A stretch of 64,000 nucleotides of DNA from the human T2T-CHM13v2.0 reference genome, Homo sapiens. The DNA is taken from the NCBI RefSeq assembly GCF_009914755.1, contig NC_060926.1; one strand, 5' to 3'. Of the stretch, positions 19,760 to 36,240 are shown in pieces. Both the position numbers and the translations under genes were made by a program. The notes under the pieces are model-generated. The model was not told the origin of the DNA. It was given only the letters and a program-made list of their open reading frames with translations, and did no database searches. Position 1 is the stretch's first letter; each line of letters opens with the position of its first letter.

Positions 19760-22700
19760 GCCTTTAACATTTGTTTTAGGTTTGGTGTACACGTGCAGGT
19801 TTGTTATACAGGTAAACTGCATGTCACAGGGGTTTGGTGTACAGACAGTTTCATCACCCAGGTAATAAGCATACTACCTGATAGGTATTTTTTCTGATCC
19901 TCTCTCTCCCCCCACCTCCACTCTCAAGTAGGCCCCAGTGTCTGTTGTTCTTCTGTTATCCACGTGTTCTCATTGTTTAGCTTGCACTTATAAGTGAGAA
20001 CATGTAGCATTTGGTTTACTCTTTCTGTATTTGTTTAGGATAATGGCCTGCAGCTCCATCCATGTTTCTTCAAAGGACATGATCTTATTCTTTTCTATGG
20101 CTTCATAGTATTCTATGGTGTATATGTGCCACATTTTCTTTATCCAGTGCACCATTGATGGACATTTAGGTTGATTCCATGTCTGTCCTGTTTTGAATAG
20201 CGCTGCAGTGGACATACACGTGCATGTGTCTTTATGATAGAATGATTTATATTTCTTTGGTTGTATACCCCAAAATGGAATTGCTGGGTGGAATGGTAAT
20301 TCTTTTTTAAGCTCTTTGAGAAATCACCAAACTGCTTTCCACAATGGCTGAACCAATTTATACTCCCGTTAGCACTCACTTTTCTCCAGAACCTCACCAG
20401 CATCTGTTCTTTTTTTACTTTTTAATAGTAGCCATTCTGATTGGTGTCAGATGGTATCTTCCTGTGGTTTTGATTTGCATTTCTCTGATGATTAGTGATG
20501 TTAAGCATTTTTTCATGTGCTTGTTGGCTGCATATATGTCTTCTTCTGCAAAATGTCTCTTAATGTCCTTTGCCCACTTTTTAATGGGGTTGTTTCTTGT
20601 TCATCTGTTTAAATTTCTTATAGATTCTGGATATTAGACCCTTGTCAGATGCATAGTTTGCAAATACTTTCTCCCATTCTGTAGATTGTCTCTTTGCTCT
20701 GTAGGTAGTTACTTTTGCTGTGCAGAAGCTCGTTAGTTTAATTAGATCCCATTTGTCAATTTTGGTTTTTTGTTGCAGTGGCTTCTGCTGTGTTCATCAT
20801 GAAATCTTTGCCAAGTCCTATATCCAGAATAGTATTTCCTAGGTTATCTTTCAGGGATTTTATAGTTTTAGGTTTTACATTAAGTCTTTCATCCATCTTG
20901 AGTTGATTTTTGTGTGTGGTATAAGGTAGGGGTCCAGTTTCAATCTTCTGCATATGGCTAGACAATTATCCCGTCAACATTTATTGAATGGGGAATTCTT
21001 TCCCCATTTCTCGTTGTTGTCAACTTTGTTGGAGATCAGATGGTTGTAGGCGTGCAGCTTTATTTCTGGGCCCTCTATTCTATTCCATTGGTCTATGTGT
21101 CTGTCTTGGTACCAGTACAATGCTCTTTTGGTTACTGTAGCCTCGTAGTATAGTTTGAAGTTGGATAATGTGATGCTTTCACCTTTGTTCTTTTTCCTTA
21201 GGAGTGCTTTGGCTATTTGGGTGCTGTTTTGGTTTCATATGAATTTTAAAATAGTTTTTCTAATTCTGTGAAGAATGTCATTGGTAGTTTCATAGGAATA
21301 GCATTAAATCTGTAAATTGTTTTCAGTAGTATGGCCATTTTAATGATACTGAGTCTTCCTGTCCATGAATATGGAATTTTTTAAATTTGTCTGTATTGTC
21401 TCTGATTTTTTTGAGCAGAGTTTTGTAATTCTTGTTGTAGAGATCTTTCACATCCCTGGTTAGCTATATTCTTAGGTATTTTATTCTTTTTGTGGCAATT
21501 GTGAATGGGATTGTGTTCCTGATTTGACCTCAGCTTTGATGTTGTTGGTGTATGGGAATGCTACTGATTTTTGTTCTTCGATTTTGTATTCTGAAACTTT
21601 GCTTAATTTTTTATCAGATTAAAGGAAGAGACTATGGGGTTTTCTAGATATAAAATCATGTCATCTGCAAACAGGGGTAGTTTGACTTCCTCTCTATTTG
21701 GATGCCTTTTATCTCTTTCTCTTTACTGATTGCCCTGGCCAGGACTTCCAGTACTATGTTGAATAGGAGTGGTGAGAGAGGGCATCCTTGTCTTGTGCTG
21801 GTTTTCAAGGGGATTCTCTCAGCATTTGCCAATTCAGTATGATATTGGCTGTGGGTTTGTCATGGATGGCTCTTATTACTTTGAAGTATGTTCCTTCAAT
21901 GCCTAGTTTATTGGCAGTTTTTAATATGGAGAGAAGTTGAATTTTATTAAAAGCCTTTTCTGCATCTATTGAGATGATCATGTAATTTTTGTATTTAGTT
22001 CTGTTTATGTGATGACTCACATTTATTGACTTGCATATGTGGAACCAACCTTGCATCCCAGGGATGGAGCTTTCTTGATCGTGGTGGATTAGCTTTTTGT
22101 TGTGCTTCTGGATTCAGTTTGCTAGTATTTTGTTGAGGGTTTTTGCATTGATGTTCATCAAGGAGATTGGCCTGAAGTTTTCTTTTTTTGTTGTGTGTCT
22201 GCCAGCTTTTGTTGTCAGGGGATGCTGGCTTCATAGGATGAGTTAGGGAGGAGTCCCTCCTCCCCGTTTTTGTTGTTGTTGTTGTTTGTTTGTTTTCATT
22301 TTTCTTTTTTTTTTTAATAGTTTCAGTAGAAATGGTACCAGGTCTTCTTTATACACCTGGTAGAATTCAGCTGTGAATCCATCTGGTCCTGGGTTTTTTC
22401 TGGTTGGTAGGCTTTTTATTACTGATTCAATTTCAGAACTCATTATTGGTCTGTTCAGGGATTCAGTTTCACCCTGGTTCAGTCTTGGGAGGTTGTATAT
22501 TTCCAGAGTTTATACATTTATTCTAGATTTTCCAGTTTGTGGTCACAGTGGTGGCTGATGGTTCTTTTGTATTTCTGTGGTGTCGGTAGTAACATACCCT
22601 TTGTCATTTCTAATTGTGTTCATTTGGATCTTCTTTTTTCTTTTTTTGTCTAGCAACTGTTCTACCTATCCTATTAATTTTTTCAAAGAAACAAATTCTG

Positions 22701-24239
22701 GATTCGTTCGTATTTTGTATGGGTTTTCCTGGCTCAATTTCCTTCAGTTCAGCTCTGATTTTTGTTATTTCTTGTCTTTTGCTAGCTTTGGGGTTACTTT
22801 TGTGATGCTTTTCTAGTACTTTTAGTTGTAATGTCAGGTTGTTAATTTGAGAGTTTTCCCACTTTTTGATTATTTCGTTATTTACCTGAAAGTCTTTCAG
22901 GAGCAGGTTGTTTAATTTCCATGTACTTGTATGGTTTTGAGTGATTATCTTACTGTTGATTTCTGTTTTTATTGTGCTGTGGTCCAGGAGTGGGGTTGGT
23001 TGATTTTGGTTCTTTGCATTTGCGAAGGATTGTTTTATGTCCAAATGTGTGATCCATTTTAGAGTATGTGTCATGTGGCGATGAGAAAAATGTATATTCG
23101 GTGTTTTGGGGTAGAGAGTTCTGTAGATGTCTGTTATGTCCGTTTGGTCAAGAGTCCAGTTCAAGTTCTGAATATCATTTTTAGTTTTTTGCCTTGATGA
23201 TCTGTCTAATACTGTCAGTGAGTTGTTGTGTGGGAATCTACACCTCTTCATAGGTCTCTAAGAACTTGTTTTATGAATCTGGGTGCTTGTTTTATGAATG
23301 TTGGGTGCATATATATTTAGAGAGTTAGGTCTTCTTGTGGAATTGAACCCTTTGTCATTTACATAATGGTAAGCATAACATGTGGTCTTCATTGTCTTTC
23401 TTGATCATTATTGGTTTAAAATCTGTTTTGTCTGAAATTGGAGTAGCAACCTCTGCTTTTTTCTGTTTTCTATTTATTTTCTTGGTAGATTTTTCTCCAT
23501 CCCTTTACTTTGAGCCCATGGGTATCACTGCATGTGAGATGGATCACTTGAAGACAGCATACATTTGAGTCTTGCTTCTTTATCTAGCTTGCCATTCTGT
23601 GCCTTTTAATTGGGGCATTTCGTCCACTTACATTCATAGTTAGGATCAAATCTGTACATATCAATAATGTCATTGTGTTGTTAGCTGGTTATGCAGATTT
23701 GTTTGTGTGGTTGCTTTATAGTGTCACTCATCTGTGTACTGTTTTTGGAATGGCTGGTAACAGTCTTTCCTTACCATATTGAGGGACCTCTTATAAGGCA
23801 GGTCTGGTAGTAATGAATTCTCTTAGCATTTGCTTGTCTAAAAAGGATCTTATTTCTCCTTCACTTGTGAAGCTTAGTTTGCCTGGATATGAAATGCTTA
23901 GATGGACATTTTTTTCTTTAAGAATGCTGAATATAGGGCCCCAATGTCTTCTGGTTTGTAGGGTTTCTGCTGAAAGGTCTGCTATTAGCCTGAAGAGATT
24001 TCCCTTGTAGGTGACCTGCCCCTTATCTCTAGCTGCCTTTAACATTTTTTTCTCTCATTTCAACCTTGAAAAATCTGATGATTATGTCTTAGGAATGGTC
24101 TTCTTGTGTAATATCTTGCAGGGGGTCTCTGCATTTATTGAATTTGAATGTTGGCCTCTCTAGTGAGATTGGGAAAGTTTTCATAGACAATATCCTCAAA
24201 TATGTTTTCAAGGTTGCTTGCTTTCTTCCTGTCTCTTTC
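19760..24239 (-). mobile_element. 5'-truncated old L1 (L1PA15/16-like), 3'UTR to mid-ORF1
   Basis: L1 3'UTR at ~19770-20000; ORF2 fragments at 19988-23251; ORF1 at 23791-24045. CATTCTGTCTG flanks both ends (19749-19759, 24240-24250). Confidence 0.92.
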
Positions 24240-24715
24240 CATTCTGTCTGTGTCCAAAAGGAAATGCAATTTTGATTAATTCAGTGATTTGTTTAAACAG
24301 AAGTCAGTTAAGAGAGTGTCCTCTGTAGTTCAAATCAGAATATGTTCTTCAAGTAAACGAAGGCAAATTCAGTGAAAAGTTATTCTACATCTGACAGATG
24401 TTATCAGAAAATAGCTACATAGGAATGAAATTGCATTTGTAAGTTAAGATACCTATAGACCAGCAATGTTTCTGTTTATAGGGTGTCATGGATTTATGAT
24501 ACCAAGCTGTTTTTAGCTTATCTGTGTAGGAATTCTGCCTGTTCTAGGAAGATTGACATGTTTTCTTAAATGTAATATTTCTTGATACTCCCTAATACAA
24601 GTTCTCCACTCCTGTCTGATCAGGCTCTTTCTTCTCCCATGAGTGTCTAATCTCAGTAAAAGTGTACAAGATTTATTTGAAGAAATAAAAAACATCTTTA
24701 TAAATTCTTTCTTGG

Positions 24716-25042
<327 letters not shown>

Positions 25043-25255
25043 CTTGCTTTTCTAGATTATGTAGAAATGATGGAATTGAAAGGACCAGAAAGAGTATCCA
25101 GTTCACAGGAGGTTCTTCAAGGTTTTCCAAATGTTGGCTACAACATTTAAATATTTTAAATATATTAAATATTTTAAGACTGTAATAAAAACAACATGCA
25201 CACTCAGATGTGTTGTACCAAAGTGTAACACATTAGGGATCACAAAATAAAATGA

Positions 25256-25652
<397 letters not shown>

Positions 25653-25765
25653 CATATGTTTTTATTTTTAAGTTTATAGCTGGCCTTTTTAAATCTTGGG
25701 TGCAATATTACATACCCAAATCAAATTATACAAGCAAGACCACTGCTGCAGCATATGTATGCCTT

Positions 25766-27679
25766 GGATTTGGGTCATAATCCCAAAAGCCACAATCCTG
25801 AAGCCATAATCCCAAATACTGAAATTCTGAAACATCAAATTCCCTAATGTCTAAAATCTTGAAAGTTACTATCTCAAAAGATCAAAATCTCAAAAATATT
25901 ATTCTGGAAAAAATAATTTTAAAAATTCTTTAAAGACTTTTATTTACACTTTGAAAAGAGGATCTATTTGATAAACAAAAAATATGTCACAACACTTCAC
26001 AGGCCACTTTACACAATGAAATAGGAAATAATAACATACATATCTTTGCAAGCAGAAACAGGCATACTAAAGACAGTCACATAGGTGAAACAGTTATGAG
26101 CAGATGAACCATATTCATGAAGAAATAGGCCAAAAAGTGAAATATATAAACACATATTACTATGGTTGGTAATTGTTTGCACCCAGCTTTATGACTGCAA
26201 TCATCTGAAATACCATGACAGACAACCTAAGTCTTTTGATGAGATTAATCAAAAGCCTTAATAGGTCACCACCACATATGCCCAAAGAATCAAGATCATG
26301 AGAATTTTGGTTTTTATCTTTTAGAAATGCAGATATACAAAAAGGACCTGTCTTTATTTACTGAGGAAGTTTCAACATTTTATGTACACCCACAATGTTT
26401 TCACACAAAGTCAACTTGTGATAATGTACTTTCGTGGAGTCAAATTTGCAATAAATGCATAAAATGAATTAGAACTCTCTAAAAGTCTTACATATTTTGT
26501 ACATCCAGTATTGGAAATGATGCAAAGACGAAATACATAGTGTATCATATTGATGCTATATGTGAAGCTACGGAAGTCATACACAACTGAGAATTTGGCA
26601 GGGGAGATTTTTTGTATTTTTCATCTGCCTTTTCACTTCTGTGATCTTCAAAATACTCACTGCACTTGTATTTGGAGAGTCGTAGTGGTCTACACATTTT
26701 GTAAGTAAATGCTGTCACTTGAAACTCTGGTTACTGCTCAGACATTTCAATTAAGCAATTTTCTGCTTTCACACACCAATAATAATTAGCTTTATACTTT
26801 GTATCTGTCATTATTAAGTAGCCTTGTACACTTACCTGATCATAGCCCTTTTGCAACAGAACAATTTCACAGATCTCTTCCACAGTGTTGTGAGGAATAC
26901 AGTAAGAAGGAAGGATATTTGGCTTCTTGATACCAAATCTATATTAGACAGAGTTTTCCAGAGAGAGAGAACCAAGAGAATATGTATATAGATATATGAG
27001 AGGAGATTTATTAGGGGACTTGGCTAATGCTATTATGATGGGTGAAAAGTCTCATTGCAGGCCATCTGCAAGCTGGAGATCCTGGGATGCCACTGGTGTA
27101 AGTCCTGGAGTCCAAAGCCCACCAACATGTAGTTCTGATGTCCAAAGCAGCAAAAGAAATGTGTGTCCAAGTTCTCGAAGAGACCTGTTTGCCTTTTGTA
27201 TTACTTCTCTCTAGGTCCCCAGCAGATTGGATGGTGCCTGCCAACGCTGAGAGAAGATCTTTCCCACCTAGTTCACTCAGACTCACACTCCTGGAAACAC
27301 CATCACAGATACACTAAAAATAATGTTTTACTAGGTATTACTTAACCTAGTCAAGTTAACACCTAAACTTAAGCCCACCAGTCCACCTCTTATCAACCTG
27401 GCACCCAAACACATCCCCTTAAACCACACTTAATTTCCAAATAAAGACAAGAACAAAGTAATAGTTCCACCTAACATGATCCAACTATCTGACGTACAAG
27501 TGAAAATCACTAATCCCTTCCTCAGAAGTTGACTTTCAGGATTTCAGCATTTGAAATTTTAAGTTTTTGGGATTCTGATTTTCAAGATTTTAGACTTTAA
27601 GGATTTTGATTTTCTGGGATTTCAGCATTCAGGATTAGGGTGTTGAGGATTGTATCTTTTGGGGTTATGATTGGCACTA
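25766..27679. mobile_element. Ricksha-type Mutator-like (MULE) DNA transposon
   Basis: Long imperfect terminal inverted repeats built of AATCCC/GGGATT subrepeats (25766-~25900, ~27535-27679). Flanks GTATGCCtt (25757-25765) and GTATGCCac (27680-27688) fit a 9-bp TSD. Minus-strand FLYWCH-like remnant VEEICEIVLLQKGYDQVSVQGYLIMTDTKYKANYYWC runs leftward from 26883. Confidence 0.85.
26940..27500 (-). mobile_element. MLT2-type LTR plus ERVL internal 3' end carried inside the Ricksha element
   Basis: gagttttccagagagagagaacc ... gatttattaggggacttggct ... gtcaagttaacacctaaa, followed by agtccacctcttatcaacctggcaccc (reverse polypurine tract and internal sequence). Confidence 0.75.
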
Positions 27680-28108
27680 GTATGCCACATTAAGTATAAA
27701 CAGATGTAGGGACATCTTTCTGCCATGTGTACTTTAGCACTTTAAAGTAGTTTGCAATGATAAGTTAATATGATAATACTATATTAAAGAAAGTTTTCTT
27801 GCTTAATTTAAGTTTTGGGTGGTTCTGGTCCATTTTTTATATTCGTGACCAGAAATATGAATAATGATTATAGTCCCTCAGTTTTGAAAACAAGATATTC
27901 TATACTCCTCATTCAAGCTGCTGGACCATTTTAATTGCAGAAATCTTAATATTGCCAAATTATTTTTTTAAAAACTGTTACCATTTGTAATAGTGTATTT
28001 GTGGTAACCAGAATTGTATCAATATTGTAAAGCCAAACAAAATACAGAAATGACATTGTTGATGAGGATAATTTAAAATTGCAATTGTCACCTATGTTCA
28101 TTCTCTCT

Positions 28109-28409
<301 letters not shown>

Positions 28410-29474
28410 GCCTATTCTTAATAATGAATTTAAATAAGTAGTATCATAATTTGATCTTACGAATTTTTACTAATGAATCTTTTCTGTTTTATTTAATGGC
28501 AGTTCCATTTACATTTCATTCAACAATGGAGACTACTGATAAAATAATTTGAAAACTAGTCTAATCTATTATTTTTACAAATTAAGAAATTAAAGATCAG
28601 TTTAAATGTGTCTTGCTCAAAGTTATAAAACTAGAAAATTGCAGATACCAAACTTTCTAATCCTTAGTTCACTGTTTTTCTGATTTGTTACTTCATCTCT
28701 GTGTTCCTGTAATACATCTGGTTCAACAAGTCATTTTCTGTGTGCCAGGCACTTTTCTAGGCACTGGTGATATCCCCTGAATGTGGAATTGTGCTGAAAA
28801 TAAAATAAGAAAAGTAGATTCTATTCGGCCTCCACTCAGTTTTGATTGAATACATGCCTGCAGTTAGCATCTGTGTGTGTATTTACCACTGGGTGATTTT
28901 AATATATTATTAAGAAGAACTTTTCTATCTATGGTTATATTTTAGGAGAGTAAAAAAAGCAAGTTTTTTAGTATTTTGAAAGGAGAGAAAAATGAGTAAT
29001 TAAACTTAAAGCACATTGTTTGCATACTATGTACCTGACAATTTGTTTGGAAACCAGGAACACAAAGATAAATAAGATAAGGGATGTGTGTATATTAAAA
29101 CGGAGTTTGGCAAGTGCCGTAACATACATGTAACACATGTAGGATGAAAGAGGAATAAACAGGTAACTCTAGGCAGGATAACAAAAGGTTACTTTAAAGA
29201 AAATGGGGAGAAGTTTTTTTTCTATGCCCAGAGAGCAACATATGCGAAGGCTTAGAGTTGTAAACACATTGTTAAGGCATTTCCAAGAAAGTTTAGTGCA
29301 ACAGAATACAATGGTATCTTGGAAGGAGCTGTGAGTAGGCATTTTTAGACATTGTTAGATGATTGAGAATGGAATTAATGACATGTGAGGACTTCTTCTT
29401 TTATGCCCTTGGTATTGGTCATGCCTCTTTCTATTTCCTGCTTCATCCCTAGCTCTATTCCTAAGTGTTATTTT

Positions 29475-30545
<1,071 letters not shown>

Positions 30546-31054
30546 CTAAGTGTTATTTTAAATCAGAGACTGTATTTTGTACTTCCTTATCTTATGGCGA
30601 CTAGCTCAGTGCTGAGGGCTTGGTATATGCCTACTGATTAATAGTGTTCATCATTCACTCATCAAATATTTTTGGTTCCAGTATGTGCAAGGCCTGTACT
30701 TTGTGCTATGGGGGAAAAAGTGACACAAAGCCAACCTTCAAGGAGCTAGTGAGCCCAAAACAAAAATTAGCAGGGATTTTTGTGTGTTATGATGACTGCT
30801 ATATCCCATGTGCTCACAGAGCTTACATTCTTGTCAGAGGAGACAGACAATAATAAGATAAATTGTAAAAAATAGACTATGTTAGATAGTAATAAATACT
30901 AAGGAGAAATAAAAGTAGAAAAAGGATATATTAATTACCAGAGAAAGAAAGATAAGGTAAATTTACATAATTTCTCATCCCAGTTTCCACAACTCTAGAA
31001 CAGAAAAAATAAAAGTATATGCCTTATATGATTGTGATAAGGATTAAATGAGCT

Positions 31055-32432
31055 TGGATATCCATATATAAAAGATGGAAACTAGACCCCTATCTCTTGC
31101 AATATACAAAAATCAAATCAAAATGGATCAAAGACTCAGATATCTAAGACCTCAAACTATGAAACTACTACAAGAAAACATTGGCAAAACTCTGCAGGAC
31201 ATTGGAGTGGGCAAAAATTTCTTGAGTAACACAAGCACAGGAAACAAAAGCAAAAATGGACAAATAGGACCACATCAAGTTGAAAAGCTTCTGTACAACC
31301 AAGAAAACAATCAACAAAGTGAAGAGACAACCCATGGAATGGGAGAAAATATTTACAAACTACCTATCTGACAGGGATCAATAACCAGAATATACAAGGA
31401 GCTCAAACAGCTCTATAGGAAAAAAATCTAATAGTCTGATTTAATAATGGACAAAAGATCTGAACAGACATTTCTCAGAAGAAGTCATATAAGTGGCAAA
31501 CAGGCATATGAAAAGGTGCTCAACATCACTGATCATCAGAGAAATGCAAACAAAACTACAGTGAGATACCGTCTCACCCCAGTTAGAATGGCTTTTATCC
31601 AAAAGTCAGGCAATGAATGCTGGTGATGATATGGAGAAAAGGGAACCTTTGTACACTGTTGTACACTGGAAATGTAAATTGGGAATGTAAAGAGAGAACA
31701 GTTTGGAGGTTCCTCACAAAACTAAAAATGGAGCTACCATATGATCCAGCAATCTCACTCCTAGGTAGATACCCAAAAGAATGGAAATCTGTATCAGATA
31801 TCTGCACTCTCATGTTTATTGCAGCACCATTCACAATAGCCAAGATTTGGAAGCAACCTATGTGTCCATCAACAGATGAATGGATAAAGAAAATGTAGTA
31901 TATATACACAATGGAGTACTATTCAGCCAAAAGAAGAATGAGATCCTATCATTTGCAACAGCATGATTGGAATTGGAGGTCATTATGTGAAATGAAATAA
32001 GCCAGGTGCACAAAGACAAACTTCACATGTTCTCACTTATTTGTGGGAGCTAAAAACTAAAATAATTGAACTCATAGAAATAGAAAGTAGAAGGATGGTT
32101 ATGTTACCAGAGGCTGGGAAGGGTAGTGGGGGTTTTTGGGGAGAGGTGGGGATGGCTAATGAGTACAAAAAATAGAAAGAATGAATAAGACGGAGTATTT
32201 GCTAGCACAACAAGGTGGCTATTGTCAAAAATAATTTAATTGTACATTTTAAAATAACTGAAAGTATAATTGGATTGTTCGTAACACAAAGGATAAATGC
32301 TTGACATGATGGATACCCCATTTATCCTAATGTGATTATTATGCATTGCATGCCTATATGAAAATATCTCATGTAACTCATACATATATACACCTACTGT
32401 GTACCCACAAAAATTAAAAATTAAAAAATTTA
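31055..32432 (+). mobile_element. 5'-truncated L1MA-like element inserted in a MIR
   Basis: Degenerate ORF2 end plus long L1MA-type 3'UTR ending gtacccacaaaaattaaaaattaaaaaa. Perfect TSD AAGGATTAAATGAGCT at 31039-31054 and 32433-32448; the TSD itself is MIR-like sequence. Confidence 0.9.
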
Positions 32433-33507
32433 AAGGATTAAATGAGCTAATTTGTGTATACATAAAGTGTTCAGTGCAGTTCCTGGAAGTTGATAAGATA
32501 AGTGGAAATATTATTTATTCATTTGGCTAAAATAACTTTAGCATCATAGCCATCTTCTTCTCATAAGTTAGAGACTTCTTTTATTAAAGGACATACTTTT
32601 CAGTGGTTTTAAACTGCTTTATCTAAGGCTAATACTTTCTCGCCCGTGTGTTGCTCCTTTTGGCTTCTGCTTCCACTGCACTCACATCTAATATTCCTTT
32701 CTTATTAAAGCAAATCATCACTCTTTGATAATACTTTGTCAAGAAAACAGCATTTGCTTATCTAGATGTCTGGTCATCATTTTCTACTTCAGCCATCAGG
32801 CAGGTATCCACATCTTCTTTGGAAAATATTTATTACTTCATCACTTATCACATCTCAAGGTTAAAAAGTCTGACAAAATGAGACCCCTATGTTTGTTTAC
32901 CACCTAAAAATGAGTACGATATTAGAAATGTTATTAACAGACAGAAATATAAAATCTTCAATATTAATCTTTCAGAAATGAGATCATTTGCAAAGATTAG
33001 GCGAAGTTTCAGGTCTCCCACTAACCTTTTCTTTGCCCATCTAAGCTCCATGCAGCCCTAGATGTCTCCTGCCCACCACACCTACCAATTCTTGAAAACT
33101 AGATTAACTCTCTCTTCAAGCTTAATTAGCACGCCATACTTAGCCCTATCATAACAAGTATCATTCAGTGTTATGCCCACCTCCCCACCCCTCTGCTCCC
33201 CAGACAGTAAGCTCCTTAAGGTGAGGACTACGTTCTCTTCATGTTTGGATTCCCAGTATCCATCACAGTGCCTCACATAGAGTTGATGTCCAATACTTGC
33301 ACCATTAATAATAATACCTGGAGTACATTTATTATATCAGGATTATATAATATAAATGCCACTTGACCTTGTTTCCACATCCCTTGCTTGCTCCTTTGTC
33401 TCTCTTGGCTGCTTTCTGAGAAATAGCACCACCCAAGCATGTTGCCACACCTTGTCCTACACATTCCCCTGTCCTGCTCTGGTTCAAAATCATTCCCTAG
33501 TTTTTCT

Positions 33508-34723
<1,216 letters not shown>

Positions 34724-34980
34724 AAATCATTCCCTAGTTTTTCTAATAATGATGTAGTTAGAGGAAGGTGATATCCAAAAACAAACAAACAAACAAACAG
34801 AACAATAGTCTGGATATGAAGGGAAGACCTCAATGGTGAGAGGACCCTGTGGAGTAACTGTGGTCCAGGATAGCTCTTCCAGGTTAAAAACTTTTCTTAT
34901 TCTCAAGAGTGATGAGCCCGTGGGATCTAACACAGACCATCTATATTTACAAGAAATTAATTTATATACCAGATTATTTA

Positions 34981-34982
<2 letters not shown>

Positions 34983-35027
<45 letters not shown>
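34983..35027. repeat. (TG)22 microsatellite
   Basis: Read directly from the sequence. Confidence 0.97.
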
Positions 35028-35031
<4 letters not shown>

Positions 35032-35443
35032 CTGAAATACTTGAGCTTGCTATCCGAGTAAGTAACTTAATTATATCAGAGCACCTATGAAATCCATCAA
35101 ATAATCAGAAGGTTATCCAATGGTGGCCATGGAGGTAGAACAAAATAAGTTAGAGTGTTTCAAGGATTATTTTACCCAGGCTGAGGAAGAGCCTTGTCAC
35201 ACAGAATACGGTAATATCTCCCTGATGACTAGGAGAAAGTAAACAGGTTATAAGATCTCAAGTATACCTTTGAAAGACTTGATGAATTTATTTGCTAACA
35301 GAAAACAATCTTTTTAATCCAGAAAAATTTCAGTGGCATTTTATATATCCTAAAATGAGTAATTGTACAATTAGATTCCATAATTATTTGATTTCCAAGA
35401 TGAGTTCCTGAGACAATGACAATGTGATATTGCCAATGATGGT

Positions 35444-35633
35444 GGAAAGAGAGAAAGAAAGAAAGAAAAAGAAAGAAACAAAGAAAGAAAGAAAGGATAG
35501 GAAGGAGAAAGAAAGAAAGAAAAAGAAAGAGAGAGAAAGAAAGAAGGAAAGAAAGGAAGAAAGGAAGAAGGAAAGAAAGAAAGAAAGAAAGAAAGGGAAA
35601 GGAGGGAGGGAGGAAGGAAGGAAGGAAGGAAAG
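35444..35633. repeat. ~190-bp (GAAA)n/(GGAA)n polypurine tract
   Basis: Read directly; only two pyrimidines interrupt it. Confidence 0.95.
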
Positions 35634-35919
35634 TAGAGGATTGAAATTGGATGGTTCTCTGTACCCTTTACCTACTCTAAGTCAAGAATCACCAGTCTCA
35701 ATTTCCTTAGGAAAGTTACCTGTGTGCTTATGGTTTTAGCTGGCTTACTGGCCCTCCTGCACACACTGGTAATGCATAATGATCTACTAAGAATTCATCA
35801 TTTATCCTTTTGAAGAAACTATGAAATGTAGGATAAATGGTTATTTAGCAAAATAAGTTATACCTCTTGTCAAGGGCTATAGTGAAACCTTCAGCCTTAT
35901 CTCAAGGTACTTTCTATTC

Positions 35920-36240
35920 CAGAAGTTGGAAACCCACATGCCTATAGAGGCCAGGCTGATGGGAATGAAGCAGGAAGCTATTGCAGTGAACTGGAGCGCC
36001 AAATCCTTTCTGGAGGAGCAGCCACTGCTCCATTCCAGATAATTGTTGCAAGGCAGGAATGTTGGCCTAGTGTTACCATATTGTCCAGTTTCTCAGGTAA
36101 AGCAGGAAATAGAATTGTTATGTGAAATCTTTTGATTTAAATATTGTCAATTAATTTACTTATATTATTATTCTTAAACCATGTGCAAGCCAAACACTTC
36201 TGTAGGTAGGGTTTGGCCCAGAGTCCTCCTGTGTATGGCT
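35920..36240. mobile_element. Ancient hAT-type DNA transposon remnant (MER103-like)
   Basis: ggaaacccacatgcctatagaggccaggc ... gccaaacacttctgtagg...tttggccc resemble MER103 ends, from memory. Confidence 0.5.

Noticed and set aside
35424-35636. Lys/Glu/Arg-rich ORF
   Set aside because: It is the translation of the purine microsatellite.
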